Below, in pieces: positions 49,986-63,700 of a DNA stretch of 64,000 bases. The position numbers and the translations under genes were made by a program. This stretch comes from Mobula hypostoma (Eukaryota), in assembly GCF_963921235.1 (NCBI RefSeq), contig NC_086101.1, positions 372,001 through 436,000 on the forward strand. The letters run 5' to 3'. Each line of letters starts with the position of its first letter. Within the stretch, counting starts at the first letter, position 1. The notes beneath the pieces are model-generated. The model was given only the letters and a program-made list of their open reading frames with translations, had not been told where the DNA came from and did not search any database.

Positions 49986-50055
49986 CAGGGATACCAATCG
50001 CTGCTAGTACAGGATAGTAAATACTCGCGATGTAGTAAATTGCTGGATATCCCAT
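49986..50055 (-). CDS. Class A orphan GPCR, coding exon 1 (70 nt); spliced protein 322 aa
   Basis: ATG at 50055, MGYPAIYYIASIYYPVLAAIGIP G|gtaagt. The phase-1 donor matches exon 2 and completes TM1 (GIPVN). Confidence 0.88.
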
Positions 50056-50127
50056 TTTCTGTATGAATTGCTGATCAGTTGAAAATAGTCCAACTGCGGA
50101 TATCTAGTGTTAATTGTTTTAAAAGCT

Positions 50128-50133
50128 CTTATA
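50128..50133 (-). promoter_or_regulatory. Possible TATA box of the GPCR gene
   Basis: TATAAG on the - strand ~75 nt upstream of the ATG; the AT-rich context lowers specificity. Confidence 0.35.
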
Positions 50134-50882
50134 AAGGAGAGGAATATGCACTTTGACAATTAATCATACCACGTGTTTAGTCACATCAGTGACAGTCCAC
50201 TGAACAAACACTTCAGATAAATCATTTATACGAATTGCGTCATCGTGTAATGAAGTTCGTTCCCTCGGAAGTATCACAAAATTACAATTATGATCAATTT
50301 TGTTTACTCGCAATTTCAATCGAGAAGTTGCACTTTTTTTTCTCAATGACACTGATTTTGTTGTATTTGTCATAAAACAATTCTTAGTCTCAATATTTTT
50401 ACAATGTGCACTATAATCCTCAAATAATCATCAATTGTAACAATAGGCGAATAGTATTAAGATTTTAAAGTTAATGGAGGGCATTTAGTTTGGTTGTTTA
50501 ATTCAACAATCTTTTTTCCGGAAATGGAATGTTCACACCTGCTTCTTGCTTTCAGGTTGGTATTGTGCCACAAAAGTGATCACTTTAAATGAGAAATAAC
50601 TTAGTAAACGATTAGATTAGTTTTGTATCTCAAAGACCTTCTCACATCTAAACTGATATGACAGTAGCGAGGTTATCTGTGATTAATGTAAGCAGTCTTT
50701 TTCATAAAACTATCTGTAAAAATAGATAGATCAAATACCAATTTTTTTGGACATGTGACTGCACGACGTACTTGGATTTCTCCCACAAACAATACCCACC
50801 ACCCCAACCACCCGCCTCTCTACTGACATTTTGTACCATTTCTTGCAGGTGTGAAATTTCCATGCATTGTTCACTGCATTAA

Positions 50883-52300
50883 CCATAGAACCATAGAAAC
50901 TACAGCACAGAAACAGGCCCTTTGGCCCTTCTAGGCTGTGCCGAACCATATTCTGCCTAGTCCCACTGGCCTGCACACGGACCATATCCCTCCATACACC
51001 TCCCATCCATGTATCTGTCCAATTTATTCTTAAATGTTAAAAAAAAGAATCCGCATTTACCACCTTGTCTGGCAGCTCATTCCATACTCCCACCACTCTC
51101 TGTGTGAAGAAGCACCCCCTAATGTTCCCTTTAAACTTTTCCCCCCTCACCCTTAACCCATGTCCTCTGGTTTATTCTCCCCTTGCCTCAGTGGAAAAAG
51201 CCTGCTTGCATTCAGTCTATCTATACCCATCATAATTTTATATACCTCTATCAAATCTCCCCTCATTCTTCTACGCTCCAGGGAATAAAGTCCTAACCTA
51301 TTCAACCTTTCTCTGTAACTGAGTTTCTCAAGTCCCGGCAACATCCTTGTAAACCTTCTCTGCACTCTTTCAACCTTATTTATATCCTTCCTGTAATTTG
51401 GTGATCAAAACGGAACACAATACTCCAGATTCGGCCTCACCAATGCCTTATACAACCTCATCATAACATTCCAGCTCTTATACTCAATACTACGGTTAAT
51501 AAAGGCCAATGTACCAAAACCTGTCTCTACGACCCTATCTACCTGTGACGACACTTTTAGGGAATTTTGTATCTGTGTTCCCAGATCCCTCTGTTCCACT
51601 GCACTCCTCAGTGCCTTACCATTAACCCTGTATGTTCTACGTTGGTTTGTCCTTCCAACGTGCAATACCTCACACTTGTCAGTATTAAACTCCATCTGCC
51701 ATTTTTCAGCCCATTTTTCCAGCTGGTCCAAGTCCCTCTGCAGGCTCTGAAAACCTTCCTCACTGTCTACTACACCTCCAATCTTTGTATCATCAGCAAA
51801 CTTGCTGATCCAATTTACCACATTATCATCCAGATCATTGATATAGATGACAAATAACAATGGACCCAGCACTGATCCCTGTGGCACACCACTAGTCACA
51901 GGTCTCCACTCAGAGAAGCAATTTTCTACCACCACTCTCTGGCTTCTTCCATCGAGCCAATGTCCAATGCAATTTACCACCTCTCCATGTATACCTAGCG
52001 ACTGAATTTTGCTAACTAACCTCCCATGCGGGACCTTGTCAAAGGCCTTACTGAAGTCCATGTAGACAATATCCACTGCCTTCCCTTCATCCACTTTCCT
52101 GGTAATCTCTTCGAAAAACTCCAACAGATTGGTCAAACATGACCTACCACGCACAAAGCCATGTCGACTCTCCCTAATAAGCCCCTGTCTATCCAAATGC
52201 TTGTAGATTCTGTCTCTTAGTACTCCCTCCAATAACTTACCTTCTACTGACGTTAATCTCACCGGCCTATAATTTCCCGGATTACTTTTCGATCCTTTTT
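50883..52300 (-). mobile_element. 5'-truncated CR1 LINE (same family as 9296-10981)
   Basis: RT ORF 51405..52325; CCATAGAA tail at ~50883-50900. Confidence 0.93.
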
Positions 52301-52579
52301 TTTTAGCTCTATTTTTATCTCGCAAATTTTACAAGAGTCAGAGTGTCTATTGTGGGAAGGCGAATGACGTTTGAAAGCGGCGATTTATCCGTAGGTTATG
52401 CGGGCTACTTGTTTTCCTTATTGGATTAAAGATACGTTCCATTAGTCTAATGAATTGATAACCGCCACAACGAAGCGACATAAAATGACAAAATCACTTA
52501 TACTTGCTCTGTCCCTATCTGCGGTAAGTCCCATGCGTTCGCTATATCTCCGATAAGTCATGTCGGAACAATAAATCAT

Positions 52580-55476
52580 TGTGTGTCAATGCAAGGAGAA
52601 TTCGTAATAAGGTGGATGAATTGAAAGTGCAGATTTTTATTAATGATTATGTTATAGTTGGCATCACAGAGGCATGGCTCCAGGGTGACCAGGGATGGGA
52701 GCTCAACGTTCAGGGATACTGAATATTCAGGAGGGATAGACATGAAGGAAGGGGAGGTGGGGTGGCGTTGCTGGTTAAAGAAGAGATTAACGCAATAGAA
52801 AGGAAGGACATAAGCCGGGAGGATGTGGAATCGATATGGGAAGAGCTGCATGACACTAAGGGGCAGAAGACGCTGGTGGGAGTTGTGTACAGGCCACCTA
52901 ACAGTAGTAGTGAGGTCGTAGATGGTATTAAACAGGAAATTAGAAATGTGTGCAATAAAGGAACAGCAGTTATAATAGGTGACTGCAATCTACATGTACA
53001 TTGGGTGAACCAAATTGGTAAAGGTGCTGAGGAAGAGGATTTCTTGGAATGTATGCGGGATGGTTTTTTGAGCCAACATGTCAAGAAACCAACTAGAGAG
53101 CAGGCTATTCTGGACTGGGTTTTTAGCAATGAGGAAGGGTTAATTAGCGATCTTGTCCTGAGAGGCCCCTTGGGTAAGAGTGACCATAATATGGTGGAAT
53201 TCTTCATTAAGATGGAGAGTGACATAGTTAATTCAGAAACAAAGGTTCTGAACTTAAAGAAGGGTAACTTTGAAGGTATGAGACGTGAATTAGCTAAGAT
53301 AGACTGGCAAATGACACATAAAGGACTGACGGTGGATATGCAATGACAAGCATTTAAAGGTTGCATGGATGAACTACAATAATTGTTCATCCCAGTTTGG
53401 CAAAAGAATAAATCAAGGAAGGTAGAGCACCCGTGGCTGACAAGAGAAATTAGGGATAGTATCAATTCCAAAGAAGTAGCATACAAATTAGCCAGAGAAA
53501 GTGGCTCACCTGAGGACTGGGAGAAATTCAGAGTTCAGCAGAGGAGGACAAAGGGCTTAATTAGGAAGGGGAAAAAAGATTATGAGAGAAAACTGGCAGG
53601 GAACATAAAAACGGACTGTAAAAGCTTTTATAGATATGCGAAAAGGAAAAGACTGGTAAAGACAAATGTAGGTCCCCTGCAGACAGAAACAGGTGAATTG
53701 ATTATGGGGAGCAAGGACATGGCAGACCAATTGAATAATTACTTTAGTTCTGTCTTCACTAAGGAGGACATAAATAATCTTCCAGAAATAGTAGGGGACA
53801 GAGGGTCCAGTGAGATGGAGGAACTGAGCGAAATACATGTTTGTAGGGAAGTGGTGTTAGGTAAATTGAAGGGAATGAAGGCAGATAAATCCCCAGGGCC
53901 AGATGGTCTGCATCCTAGAGTGCTTAAGGAAGTAGCCCAAGAAACAGTGGATGCATTGTTGATAATTTTTCAAAACTCGTTAGATTCTGCACTAGTTCCT
54001 GAGGATTGGAGGGTGGCTAATGTAACTCCACTTTTTAAAAAAGGAGGGAGAGAGAAACCGGGGAATTACAGACCGGTTAGCCTAACGTCGGTGGTGGGGA
54101 AACTGCTGGAGTCAGTTATCAGGGATGTGATAACAGCACATTTGGAAAGCGGTGAAATGGTCGGACAAAGTCAGCATGGATTTTTGAAAGGAAAATCATG
54201 TCTGACGAATATCATAGAATTTTTTGAGGATGTAACTAGTAGAGTGGATAGGGGAGAACCAGTGGATGTGGTATATTTGGATTTTCAAAAGGTTTTTGAC
54301 AAGATCCCACACAGGAGATTAGTGTGCAAACTTAAAGCACACGGTATTGGGGGTAAGGTATTGGTGTGGGTGGAGAATTGGTTAGCAGACAGGAAGCAAG
54401 GAGTGGGAATAAACGGGACCTATTCAGAATGGCAGGCGGTGACTAGTGGGGTACCGCAAGGCTCAGTGCTGGGACCCCAGTTGTTTACAACATATATTAA
54501 TGACTTGGATGAGGGAATTAAATGCAGCATCTCCAAGTTTGCGGATGACACGAAGCTGGGTGGCAGTGTTAGCAGTGAGGAGGATGCTAAGAGGATGCAG
54601 GGTGACTTGGATAGGTTGGGTTAGTGGGAAAATTCATGGCAGATGCAATTTAATGTGGATAAATGTGAAGTTATCCACTTTGGTGGCAAAAATAGGAAAA
54701 CAGATTATTATCTGAATGGTGACCGATTAGGAAAAGGGGAGGTGCAACGAGACCTGGGTGTCATTATACACCAGTCATTGAAAGTGGGCATGCAGGTACA
54801 GCAGGCGGTGAAAAAGGCGAATGGTATGCTGGCATTTATAGCGAAAGGATTCGAGTACAGGAGCAGGGAGATACTACTGCAGTTGTACAAGGCCTTGGTG
54901 AGACCACACCTGGAGTATTGTGTGCAGTTTTGGTCCCCTAATCTGAGGAAAGACATCCTTGCCATTGAGGGAGTACAAAGAAGGTTCACCAGATTGATTC
55001 CTGGGATGGCAGGACTTTCATATGAAGAAAGACTGGATGAACTGGGCTTGTACTCGTTGGAATTTAGAAGATTGAGGAGGGATCTGATTGAAACGTATAA
55101 GATCCCAAAGGGATTGGACAGGCTAGATGCAGGAAGATTGTTCCCGATGTTGGGGAAGTCCAGAATGAGGGGCCACAGTTTGAGGATAGAGGGGAAGCCT
55201 TTTAGGACTGAGATTATTAAAAACTTCTTCACACAGAGAGTGGTGAATCTGTGGAATTCTCTGCCACAGGAAACAGTTGAGGCCAGTTCATTGGCTATAT
55301 TTAAGAGGGAGTTAGATATGGCCCTTGTGGCTACGGGGGTCAGGGGGTATGGAGGGAAGGATGGGACGGGGTTCTGAGTTGGATGATCAGCCATGATCAT
55401 AATAAATGGCGGTGCAGGCTCGAAGAGCCGAATGGCCTACTCCTGCACCTATTTTCTATGTTTCTATGTTTCTATG
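52580..55476 (+). mobile_element. CR1 LINE with almost complete ORF2 (APE + RT), a few in-frame stops, and tail
   Basis: Collinear ORFs 52762..53346, 53383..54624 and 54643..55377; (TTCTATGT)n tail at 55452-55476. Confidence 0.94.
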
Positions 55477-56938
55477 AACAGCTTTCGTTTTCTCCAGTCC
55501 CACGTTACTTTATTACAGAATCTATTCCTGATAAATATTTTGTTTGAGTACTCCTACGCCTTGATTACATCTATATTAAACACTGTCGTGTTGTCCAATG
55601 AAAGAATGATTACCGTATATAATATATACTTGTATATTTAGGGAACAATGGGTCGTTACAAATCAGCAACATGGCAGCTCTTTCGGTGGACTTCCCAGTT
55701 GATTTTGGAAAAGCAGGTCTTTCCATTTCATATCAGCAAATGAGAACTGAATCGTGTTTTATATCGGTCCAAACATCTCTTCAATATTAACAGTAGCGTT
55801 TCTGATAAAGAAGCTTTTCCCTCTGGTGTTCTTTCACAAGTATCAATTTTAAGACCATTAGACCACAAGACATAGGAGCAGAATGAGCCCATTTGGTCCA
55901 TCGAGTCTGCTCCGCCATTTCATCATGGCTGATCCAATGTTGATGTCATCCCCAACTCCTGCCGTCTTCACGTATCCCTTCATGCCCTGTCCAATCAAGA
56001 ATCTTTCAAACTCGAGCTTAAATATACATAACGAATTGACCTCCACAACTGCCTCTCACAAAGCATTCCATAGGTTCACCATTCTCTGGCCAAAGAAATT
56101 TCTCCTCATTCCTGTTCTAAAAGGAAACCGTTCTATACTGAGGCTGTGTCCTCTGGTCTTACACTCTCCCACCAAAGGATACATCCTATGGAAAGTACCA
56201 CGCTTTGATTATATCTACAAGAAGCACCGTACGGCCGGCCATGTTGTCCGATGAAAGAAGCAAGTGTGATTCTATGTATTTTCTAAACAATTTATGCCAA
56301 AAGGGGAGGACCCCCTGTGTTACCATTATCAATGTTCCAACGCTGAGTTTCTTAACTAGCCACTTATAACATAGAATTAGGGGGACTGGATCCATTCTGA
56401 ACTATACAGCCGTTTGCTCAAGTAAAATGATTCAGATTTGGCACTGCTGCAATAACTTTTCATCTCTTTGTGGCTAATTTAACTGCGTCTGCGATCCTGT
56501 ATTGGAGAACATGTGGACTTTCGAAATCCATGACCTGGACCAGGTGGAAATGGCAAAAGGAGATCTCATGCTAGCTGTCTTCGTTGCTGTTGTGTAGATG
56601 GGTTACATCTATTATTATGCTAATTTATTGCTGATCACTCATATTTGCGTTCAGGCTCTTGCACCGAATGTTGTAAATAGGGACAGTTTTGTTTGACTAA
56701 CAGTGACTAGCACTTTCAATTGCTCTATCACAGTTTGCTGACAAATACTACGGGAACGATACTGCACCAGGAGAACAACCACTGTGGTCATAATAATTAT
56801 GTCGTTCGCTCTGTCAACAATTTCAACAACTCTAGTTAGTATATTCTATCATCCAACTTGTAGAGTTCTCAGTAATGTTAGCAGTTAACTGCTAATAATA
56901 AAATGACTTCTTTGAAGTGTTATAAAGAAATGTCTTTC

Positions 56939-57462
56939 TGTAACCTTAATTGATGAGGTAATGTTCGTTGTAGCTGAAGTGTTTGGGTTATAATTGTAGA
57001 TAACGGGGAATTAACCAATGGAAGTTATGTTATTCTATCTGTATGTGTGGGAACCTGAGTGAGTGCGCGGGAACTTCGGCGAAGAGAGGCGAAGAGGAAG
57101 GACGTGCGAGAAGTGCTCTGATAGACCGCCGTGGTTGGTCCCAGTCCGAGGGTCGTGGAGTTCGGAGGAAATCGAATGGTGGACCGAAGATATTGCGTGA
57201 ACTCCAACGTGTGCATGAACTGTATAATCTCTATTTTTGGCGCCTTTTTATTTTATATTTTTGTTTCTCTACTAACTCCATAGTCACAGTAAAATTTATA
57301 AAGTGTAACCGTTTAAACGTACATTGTGTACTGACTGATATTTTACGTTGTGGGTTTGTGCCAGCGTGCATGCACAGCATCTACACTAACGTGAGACACA
57401 GTTTGGCGGTCAGACGGCGGTTTCCACCAGACTAATGTGGGTTCATAGAGCTGAGTGTTACA
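56939..57462 (+). mobile_element. Possible solo LTR
   Basis: Bounded by TGTAAC...GTTACA inverted ends, with a CpG-richer interior and CCAAT. No matching TSD, so the left boundary is uncertain. Confidence 0.4.
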
Positions 57463-59849
57463 GGCATATACCAAACAACAGCTCGCACGTATATTGCAAA
57501 TGATGATTATGGGGACCAGCACGTATATCTATGGATTAATGTAGACAAAGTTCAGAGAGGAGCTGTAGAATGGAATGAAGTAAATGGTTACATTCGGTAG
57601 GCTGCTGTGCAGATAACGCACGACTCCTATTGCACGTTGGTAGAATATGGAATCAAAAGTTGTGCAACTTTAGTTTGGCAGGTCTGGCCTTTATTAATTG
57701 AATTATAGATTCATGGAATTATAGAGACTGAAATAAACACTTCGGCCCAACTAGTCTTTAAAGACAAGTCACCTATCTGCGCTAATCTGATGCCTACTTG
57801 TCAGCCCTATCCAGTTAACTGTCCAAATGTCTATTAATCTCTCCAAAAGAAACTGTCCAACTGTCTGTTTTAATTTTACTTATCTCTATCGGTTCTGTCA
57901 GTTCGTTTCATACATTCACCAACTTTTGCGTGAAACTCCTTTCCTTCGTAACATGTTAAATTGCAGTGTTGACGTGTTTCCGGCCATCGCTGTAAGCTGA
58001 GCGCACAATATTTCCTGTCCCTTTCCAAGGCAAATATATTAATTCAACAAGGCATCTGCTTGACCACTGAGATCCTCTTACATCCGCCGAAGGTTGCATC
58101 ATTACTTTCGTTGGGGTGGGAATCTGGGGCAAACAACAAAGTATCGTGTTAGTAGAAGTTTATTTTAGGAAGAATTTGGCAGCTTTAGTGAGGGTGCAGA
58201 CGTGATTTACCAGAATGCTGCCTGGACTTGAGGGCGTGTCCTATGAAGTTAAGTTAACCGAGCTAGAATTTCCCGTTTTGGAGCAAAGGAGGACGACGGA
58301 TTTACTAGATGATGAAGGGCTTTGATAGAATGTATACCCAGATACTTTTTTCCCATTTCCGAAATAGTCAATCTGAGAGGACATTATTTTAGGTGATTGG
58401 AAATAAGTATAACGGGGAGTGTCAGAGAAAAAAAATAGTTTACAGAAAGTGGTGCGTGCGAGGAACACCCTGCTAGTGGCGGTGACAGAGCTAGATAATT
58501 AAGGGGTTTTTATCAATCTGTCTTCAGGCAAATAGGTGGGAGTCAAATGGATGGCTATGTAGGTGTGATTCGTTACTGTGCAGTAATGATTCTTTTCAGT
58601 TTTTTCAGTTGTTTGCGAAGTTTCTGAAGGAAAGAAATTGGAAGCATGAATTTTGGTGTTGTATTTCATTCATTCATTTTAATTCTAGAGTTTCTTAGTA
58701 CTTGTTTACTTTGCCTATGTGGAGTCTACGATAGCGTGTTCGAAATGTGAGTGTTTCTATTCTAGATACGAGTTTCCCAAAGTCAGAGAGAATTGGTCAT
58801 TGGGGAAGTTACTGATCGGTGCTCATTTAAGTAGGGAATTTAAGTGTGGCATTTTGGGAGGTAATTCGGGGGCAATCTTTAAAGTAGACTTTTCACGGTG
58901 CGTATCCACAGAATGATAAACAGTGTTGCACTAAATTTCTAACACACTGATTTTGAATTTAGAGTCCACATGGAAAATGTTTTAATGCAGGCACCGTGTT
59001 TCTCTCTAAAATGCTGAAGAGGTGATAATAGATTCCTAAAATGTAATTGCTGGCGTCATCCATGCAGAGCTGCTTAGATTTTCAGCTTGTAATTACTCTG
59101 CCTTTTTAAAATCTCAAAATTACTCCAAACTTGACTCTGTCGAGACACCATTCCAAACCAGAGACTAAAGGAAGGCAGTAAAATGGGTATTCTGCACGAA
59201 TGGGGACGAATTACCTTTGGGCTGCTGAGAACAGTGTCCGTGCCAGCCCCATATCCTTTTTGTTTCAGATGGATGGACACACAAAATTGGAGTGGGAAGT
59301 ACAATTAACATGCCATCAGATTCGTGCTCCGTTCGCCAGAACATGCCGTGTCTCTCAATGGCCACCCATTTTAATTCCACTTCATTCCCATTCCAATATG
59401 TCCATGCATGACCTCCTCCACTGTTGGGATAAGGCCACACTTATGTTAGAGGAACAACACCTTATATTGCATTTCAATAGCCTCCAAACGGATGGCATGA
59501 ACAGCGATTTTTCAAACTTCCAGTAATGCCTTCACCCCGCGTCACCATTTCCCATCCCGTTGTTCCTCTATCATGGTATCTCCTTGCCCGCCACTCTTCT
59601 TCCTCTGGTGCTCCTTGCTCCTTTCTTCTTTCATCCATCTCGTTCTGCCTCTTTCACCAATGAATTCCCAGCTACTTGCATCATCCCTGCCATTCCAAGT
59701 TTCACCTATCGCCTAACGTTTCTCCCGTTCCCCCACTCAAATCTCCTCCTTAGCTTTTTTCGCCAGTCCTCCCGAAACGTCAACTGTACTTTCCACCATA
59801 GATGTTGCCTTCCCTGCCGAGATCCACACGGAAAATACTGAGGCAGTTT

Positions 59850-60800
59850 TTGGGGTAAATTGGATCAGCAAGTTTGCTGATGGCACTAAGATTGGAGGCT
59901 TTGTGGACAGCGAGAAAGGCTTTCAAAGCTTGCAGAGGAATCTGGACCAACTGGGAAAATGTGCCAGAAAATGGCAGATGGAATTTAATGCAGACAAGTG
60001 TGAGGTGTTGCATTTTGGAAGGATACATTAAGGTCGGACATACAAAGTAAATGGTAGGGCACAGAGGAGTGCGGAGGAACAAAGGGATCTGGGAGTTCAG
60101 ATACATAATTCCCTGAAAGTGGCATCACAGGTAGACAGGGTTGTAAAGAAGGCTTTTGGCATCCTGGTATTCATAAAGCAATGTACTGAGTATAGGAGTT
60201 GGGATGTTATAGTGAGGCTGTATAAGACATTTGGAAGGTCATATTTGGAGTATTGTGTGCAGTTCTGGTTACCTAACTATGGGAAGGAGATCAGTAAGAT
60301 TGAAAGAGTGCAGAGAAGATTTACTACGATGTTGCTGGTTCTTCAGGAATTGATTTACAGGGCAAGATTGAATAGGTTAGGACTTTATTCCTTGGAGCGT
60401 AGAAGAATGAGGGGGGATTTGATAGAGATTTATAAAATTATGAGGGGTGTAGACAGAGTAAGTGCGAGTAGGCTCTTTCCACTTAGATCTGGAGAGATAA
60501 ATACGAGAGGACATGGCCTTAAGTTAAAAGGGGAAAGGTTTAGGAGGAACATTAGGGGGATCTTCTTCACTCAGAGAGTGGTGGGAGTATGGAACGGGCT
60601 GCTATCTGACGTGGTAAATGCGGGATCACTCAAGTTTTAAGAATAAATTGGATAAATTGAACCCCTCAGAATACATGGATAGGAGAGGTCTGGAGGGTTA
60701 TGGAATGGGTGCAGGTTAAAGAGACTAGCGGAATAAAGTTTCGGCACAGACTGGAATGACCGAATGGCCTGTTTTCTGTGCTGTAGTGTTCTATGGTTCT
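59850..60800 (+). mobile_element. 5'-truncated CR1 LINE
   Basis: WISKFADGTKIGG remnant, ORF 60119..60640, and a GTTCTATGGTTCTA tail. Confidence 0.88.
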
Positions 60801-62404
60801 AAGAGTGAGTACAGTCATGCAGCCCAGAAACAGGACCTGTGGCCTATGGGTTAGCATCCGTCTTTCTCGAAGGACAACGGGTGATGATCCTGGGTGAAGT
60901 TATGGTCATCCTGGGATGCTCAGTCCTCAAGATTAACCAATCGGCCTCACCAGCGCAGTCCAAAGGAAAGCATATGAAGCAATATGTTTGCCACCATCTT
61001 GGCTGCAGGAACTTCCAGAAGGATGTTCGATAACGTCCAGCCGCCTTGGGGGCTCCACTCTGGATTTGCGGTCTGATTTTACTGCCACAGCCTTCGCCTC
61101 TCCCCTGGCTGCCCACGAGGCAGCGGGGCTAATTCACCATAGCTGTGGATCTGGTTCCTGAGCTTCACAGCGTGTCCACACCCCAGTGGGCCGGCATGCT
61201 ACGTGTAGAGAGACCAGTGCAGTTTGATTTTCCATCTAGTCCACGCCGAAACCATATATGCTCCTACTGTCATCAACCTGCACCGGGGCCTTCGCTTCGC
61301 ATGTTCCATATTCTTCCTGACACAGAGCTTTCACCTTTCAAATGAAACTATTCTATGTCTCAATGTTTTTACAACGTGCACAATCATACTCAAATGAACA
61401 GTAGGCGCAGCATATTGAGATATTTTTCAGTTATGGGAAGGCATGTTGCTTGGCTGTTAAATTCGGTAATCTTTTCCCTGGAAGGGAAATGTTCACGCCT
61501 CTTCGCTTTTTGTTTGGTTTGGTGCTGCAATACCGGTCAATGTCAATGAAAAATAACTTCCAGAACGATTAGAATAGTTATGTTACTCAAAGGACATCAC
61601 CGCCTCCATAGAGATATGGGCGTCATTTGTGATTGATGTAAGGAGTCGGTTTCATCAAACTATTGAAACAAATGTACAGTTTAAATACCTGAATTTTCCA
61701 GCATAAAAATGCAGCGTTTAACACGGAACACTCGGATTTCTCCCACTGACATATCAGCCCATTTCCCTTATCATCATTGACATTTTCTGCTATTTCCTGT
61801 AGTTATATTATTTTCATCCACTGCTCACTGTATATTTTCTTTCTTTCTTTTTGCAAATTTTGCAAGGCTCGGAAACTATAAGCATTTTTATTAAGGCTGA
61901 AGGTAAGTAACGGCTAAAACGTATGTGTATGCATAGTTGATGCTAGTTTCCATATCTTCCTTACTGGATTTCTGACACTTGTTATTTAAGGCAAATGCAT
62001 TCATAATCGCCAAAACAAAGCAGCATGAAATGACAACTTTACTCGTCCTGTCCCTGTGTCAGTATGTGAATTCGCATGTCTTCCTTATAATGTAAAATGT
62101 CCGATCAGTTTCTGTAATTTCCAATCCGACGTTATTTTATTCCAAAATCAGTTCGCGCCAAACTTTTTGTTCGGGACGTCCAACGCCTTCATTCCGTTCA
62201 TGAAACATTTTACGACCAGCCCTTGCTGCCCAATGAAGAACAGGATAAGTGGGATGTAGCGTTCTATGTCGGTGCCTGAATCTTGACGAAAATATGAGAC
62301 AGTTGACCTTTCCATTGCGTGTCAGCAAATGAGAACAAGTGTTTTGTATCTGTCTAAATATATTTTAACTCTGCTGGAAATGGGTAAGGCTATCAATGAC
62401 CTAT

Positions 62405-62630
62405 GCTGGATTAGGGACGGGAGACCATCAATGGCCTACGCTGGTTTAGTGGCATTTATAAAACAAGAAATTCGAAGTCTGTTTCCAATCCACTGTGTAA
62501 CTCACCGTCAACATTTTCCTTATATTAAGATGTGGTGCACTTTGAGGTGCTGTAGAGAATATTGAGGGGCCTTGGCAAGTACTTATGTGCTTTAGGGGGG
62601 CATTAGGCAGAAAAGGCTTGGAAAAACTAT
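62405..62630 (+). mobile_element. hAT (Charlie/Buster-type) transposase remnant
   Basis: DGRPSM...GLVAFIKQE...IHCVTHRQH resembles the hAT TDGAPSM...IHCxxHR motif; followed by a degenerate TIR-like AAAAGGCTTGGAAAAACTA. Confidence 0.55.
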
Positions 62631-63621
62631 TTCAAATTAAATGTGCTGGTCGATTAGGTTTATATCTCTGAATTCACTGTCTGTTCCCGTGCTTGTGTAA
62701 ATAACCTTTAAATGAAATATTACATCTCTTCCCATCACCTCCCTCAAGCACTTTATTCATCCTGACTGTTCGGCGTGCGAAAGACCCAATATCCTCTCTA
62801 CTGTAATGAGTTTTCGGGACTCAGTTGCTGAAATAAAGATACTATGGACAGAGCCAAGTATATGTACTACCTTCTCTCTTGTTCTGTTCTTCAATGTGCC
62901 GTCTTACCTGTCCTCTTCACATGCCTGTCACCTCCGCCTGGTACACTCCCTTCTCTCTCTTCCTCCTCGTCTCTCATGGTCCACTTTCCTCTCGTATCAG
63001 ATGCCTTTATGTCCAGCCCTTTACCTTTCCCACCCATTTGACATCGCCCATCACGTTCGATCCTCCCCTTCAAACTTTTTTCTTCTCTTTCCACTCGCTC
63101 CACCTATTTTATTTGGGCTTATTCCCCCTTCCTTTCTCGTCCTGAAGAAGCGTCTTGGTCTGAACCTGTTTACTTACGTCCATAGATTCTGTCTGACCTG
63201 AGTTGCAAGGTGTAATGTCCCTATCGCCACACACTGAGGGTGAAATCTCATTTGCTCTCCACTCGGATATTGACGTTAGCGATAACTACTTTAGGTTGCT
63301 GTTTACTGATTATAGCTCAGAATTAAACGCAATCATATCCTCCATTCCAATCAGCAGCCTCGAAATCCTGAGCCGTTTACCTCCCTCAACAACGGATCCT
63401 TGACTTCCTCACTGGGAGAGCAGAGTCAGTGCGGATCGAAACGAAAAACATCTCCACCTCACATTCAGCACTGAACCAGCTCAAGGATGTGTGTTTAGCC
63501 TACGGCTCTGTTTTTTCTATACTGACAACTGTGAGAGGGATGGAGGTATTGGTAGAGTGGAGGGTGGTCATAGGCTGAAGGGTGACACCGATATGTTAGT
63601 GAAACGGGCAGAGATCAGGCA

Positions 63622-63700
63622 GATAAAGTTTATCCCTGATAAACATAAGTTTTACCCCGATAAGCTATACCCCGATAAGTTTTATCCCTGACAAGCATAA
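63622..63700 (+). repeat. Short ~15-bp tandem expansion inside a degraded CR1 remnant
   Basis: Repeats of GATAAG(T/C)T(T/A)TACCCC (DKFYP/DKLYP) follow RLKGDTDMLVKRAEIRQIKFIPDK, a decayed WAEKWQMKFNPDK. Confidence 0.6.

Noticed and set aside
54708..55400. Antisense ORFs over CR1 copies (also 59..340, 3451..3735, 52710..53486)
   Set aside because: Shadow frames that recur in every CR1 copy, with no independent domain evidence.
52580..55476. Active autonomous CR1
   Set aside because: In-frame stops (e.g. 53344-46, 54622-24) and no ORF1 or 5' UTR.
56186..56700. Possible DNA-transposon coding remnant (also 61560-62330)
   Set aside because: Only short peptides with no diagnostic catalytic motif or terminal repeats that I could verify.
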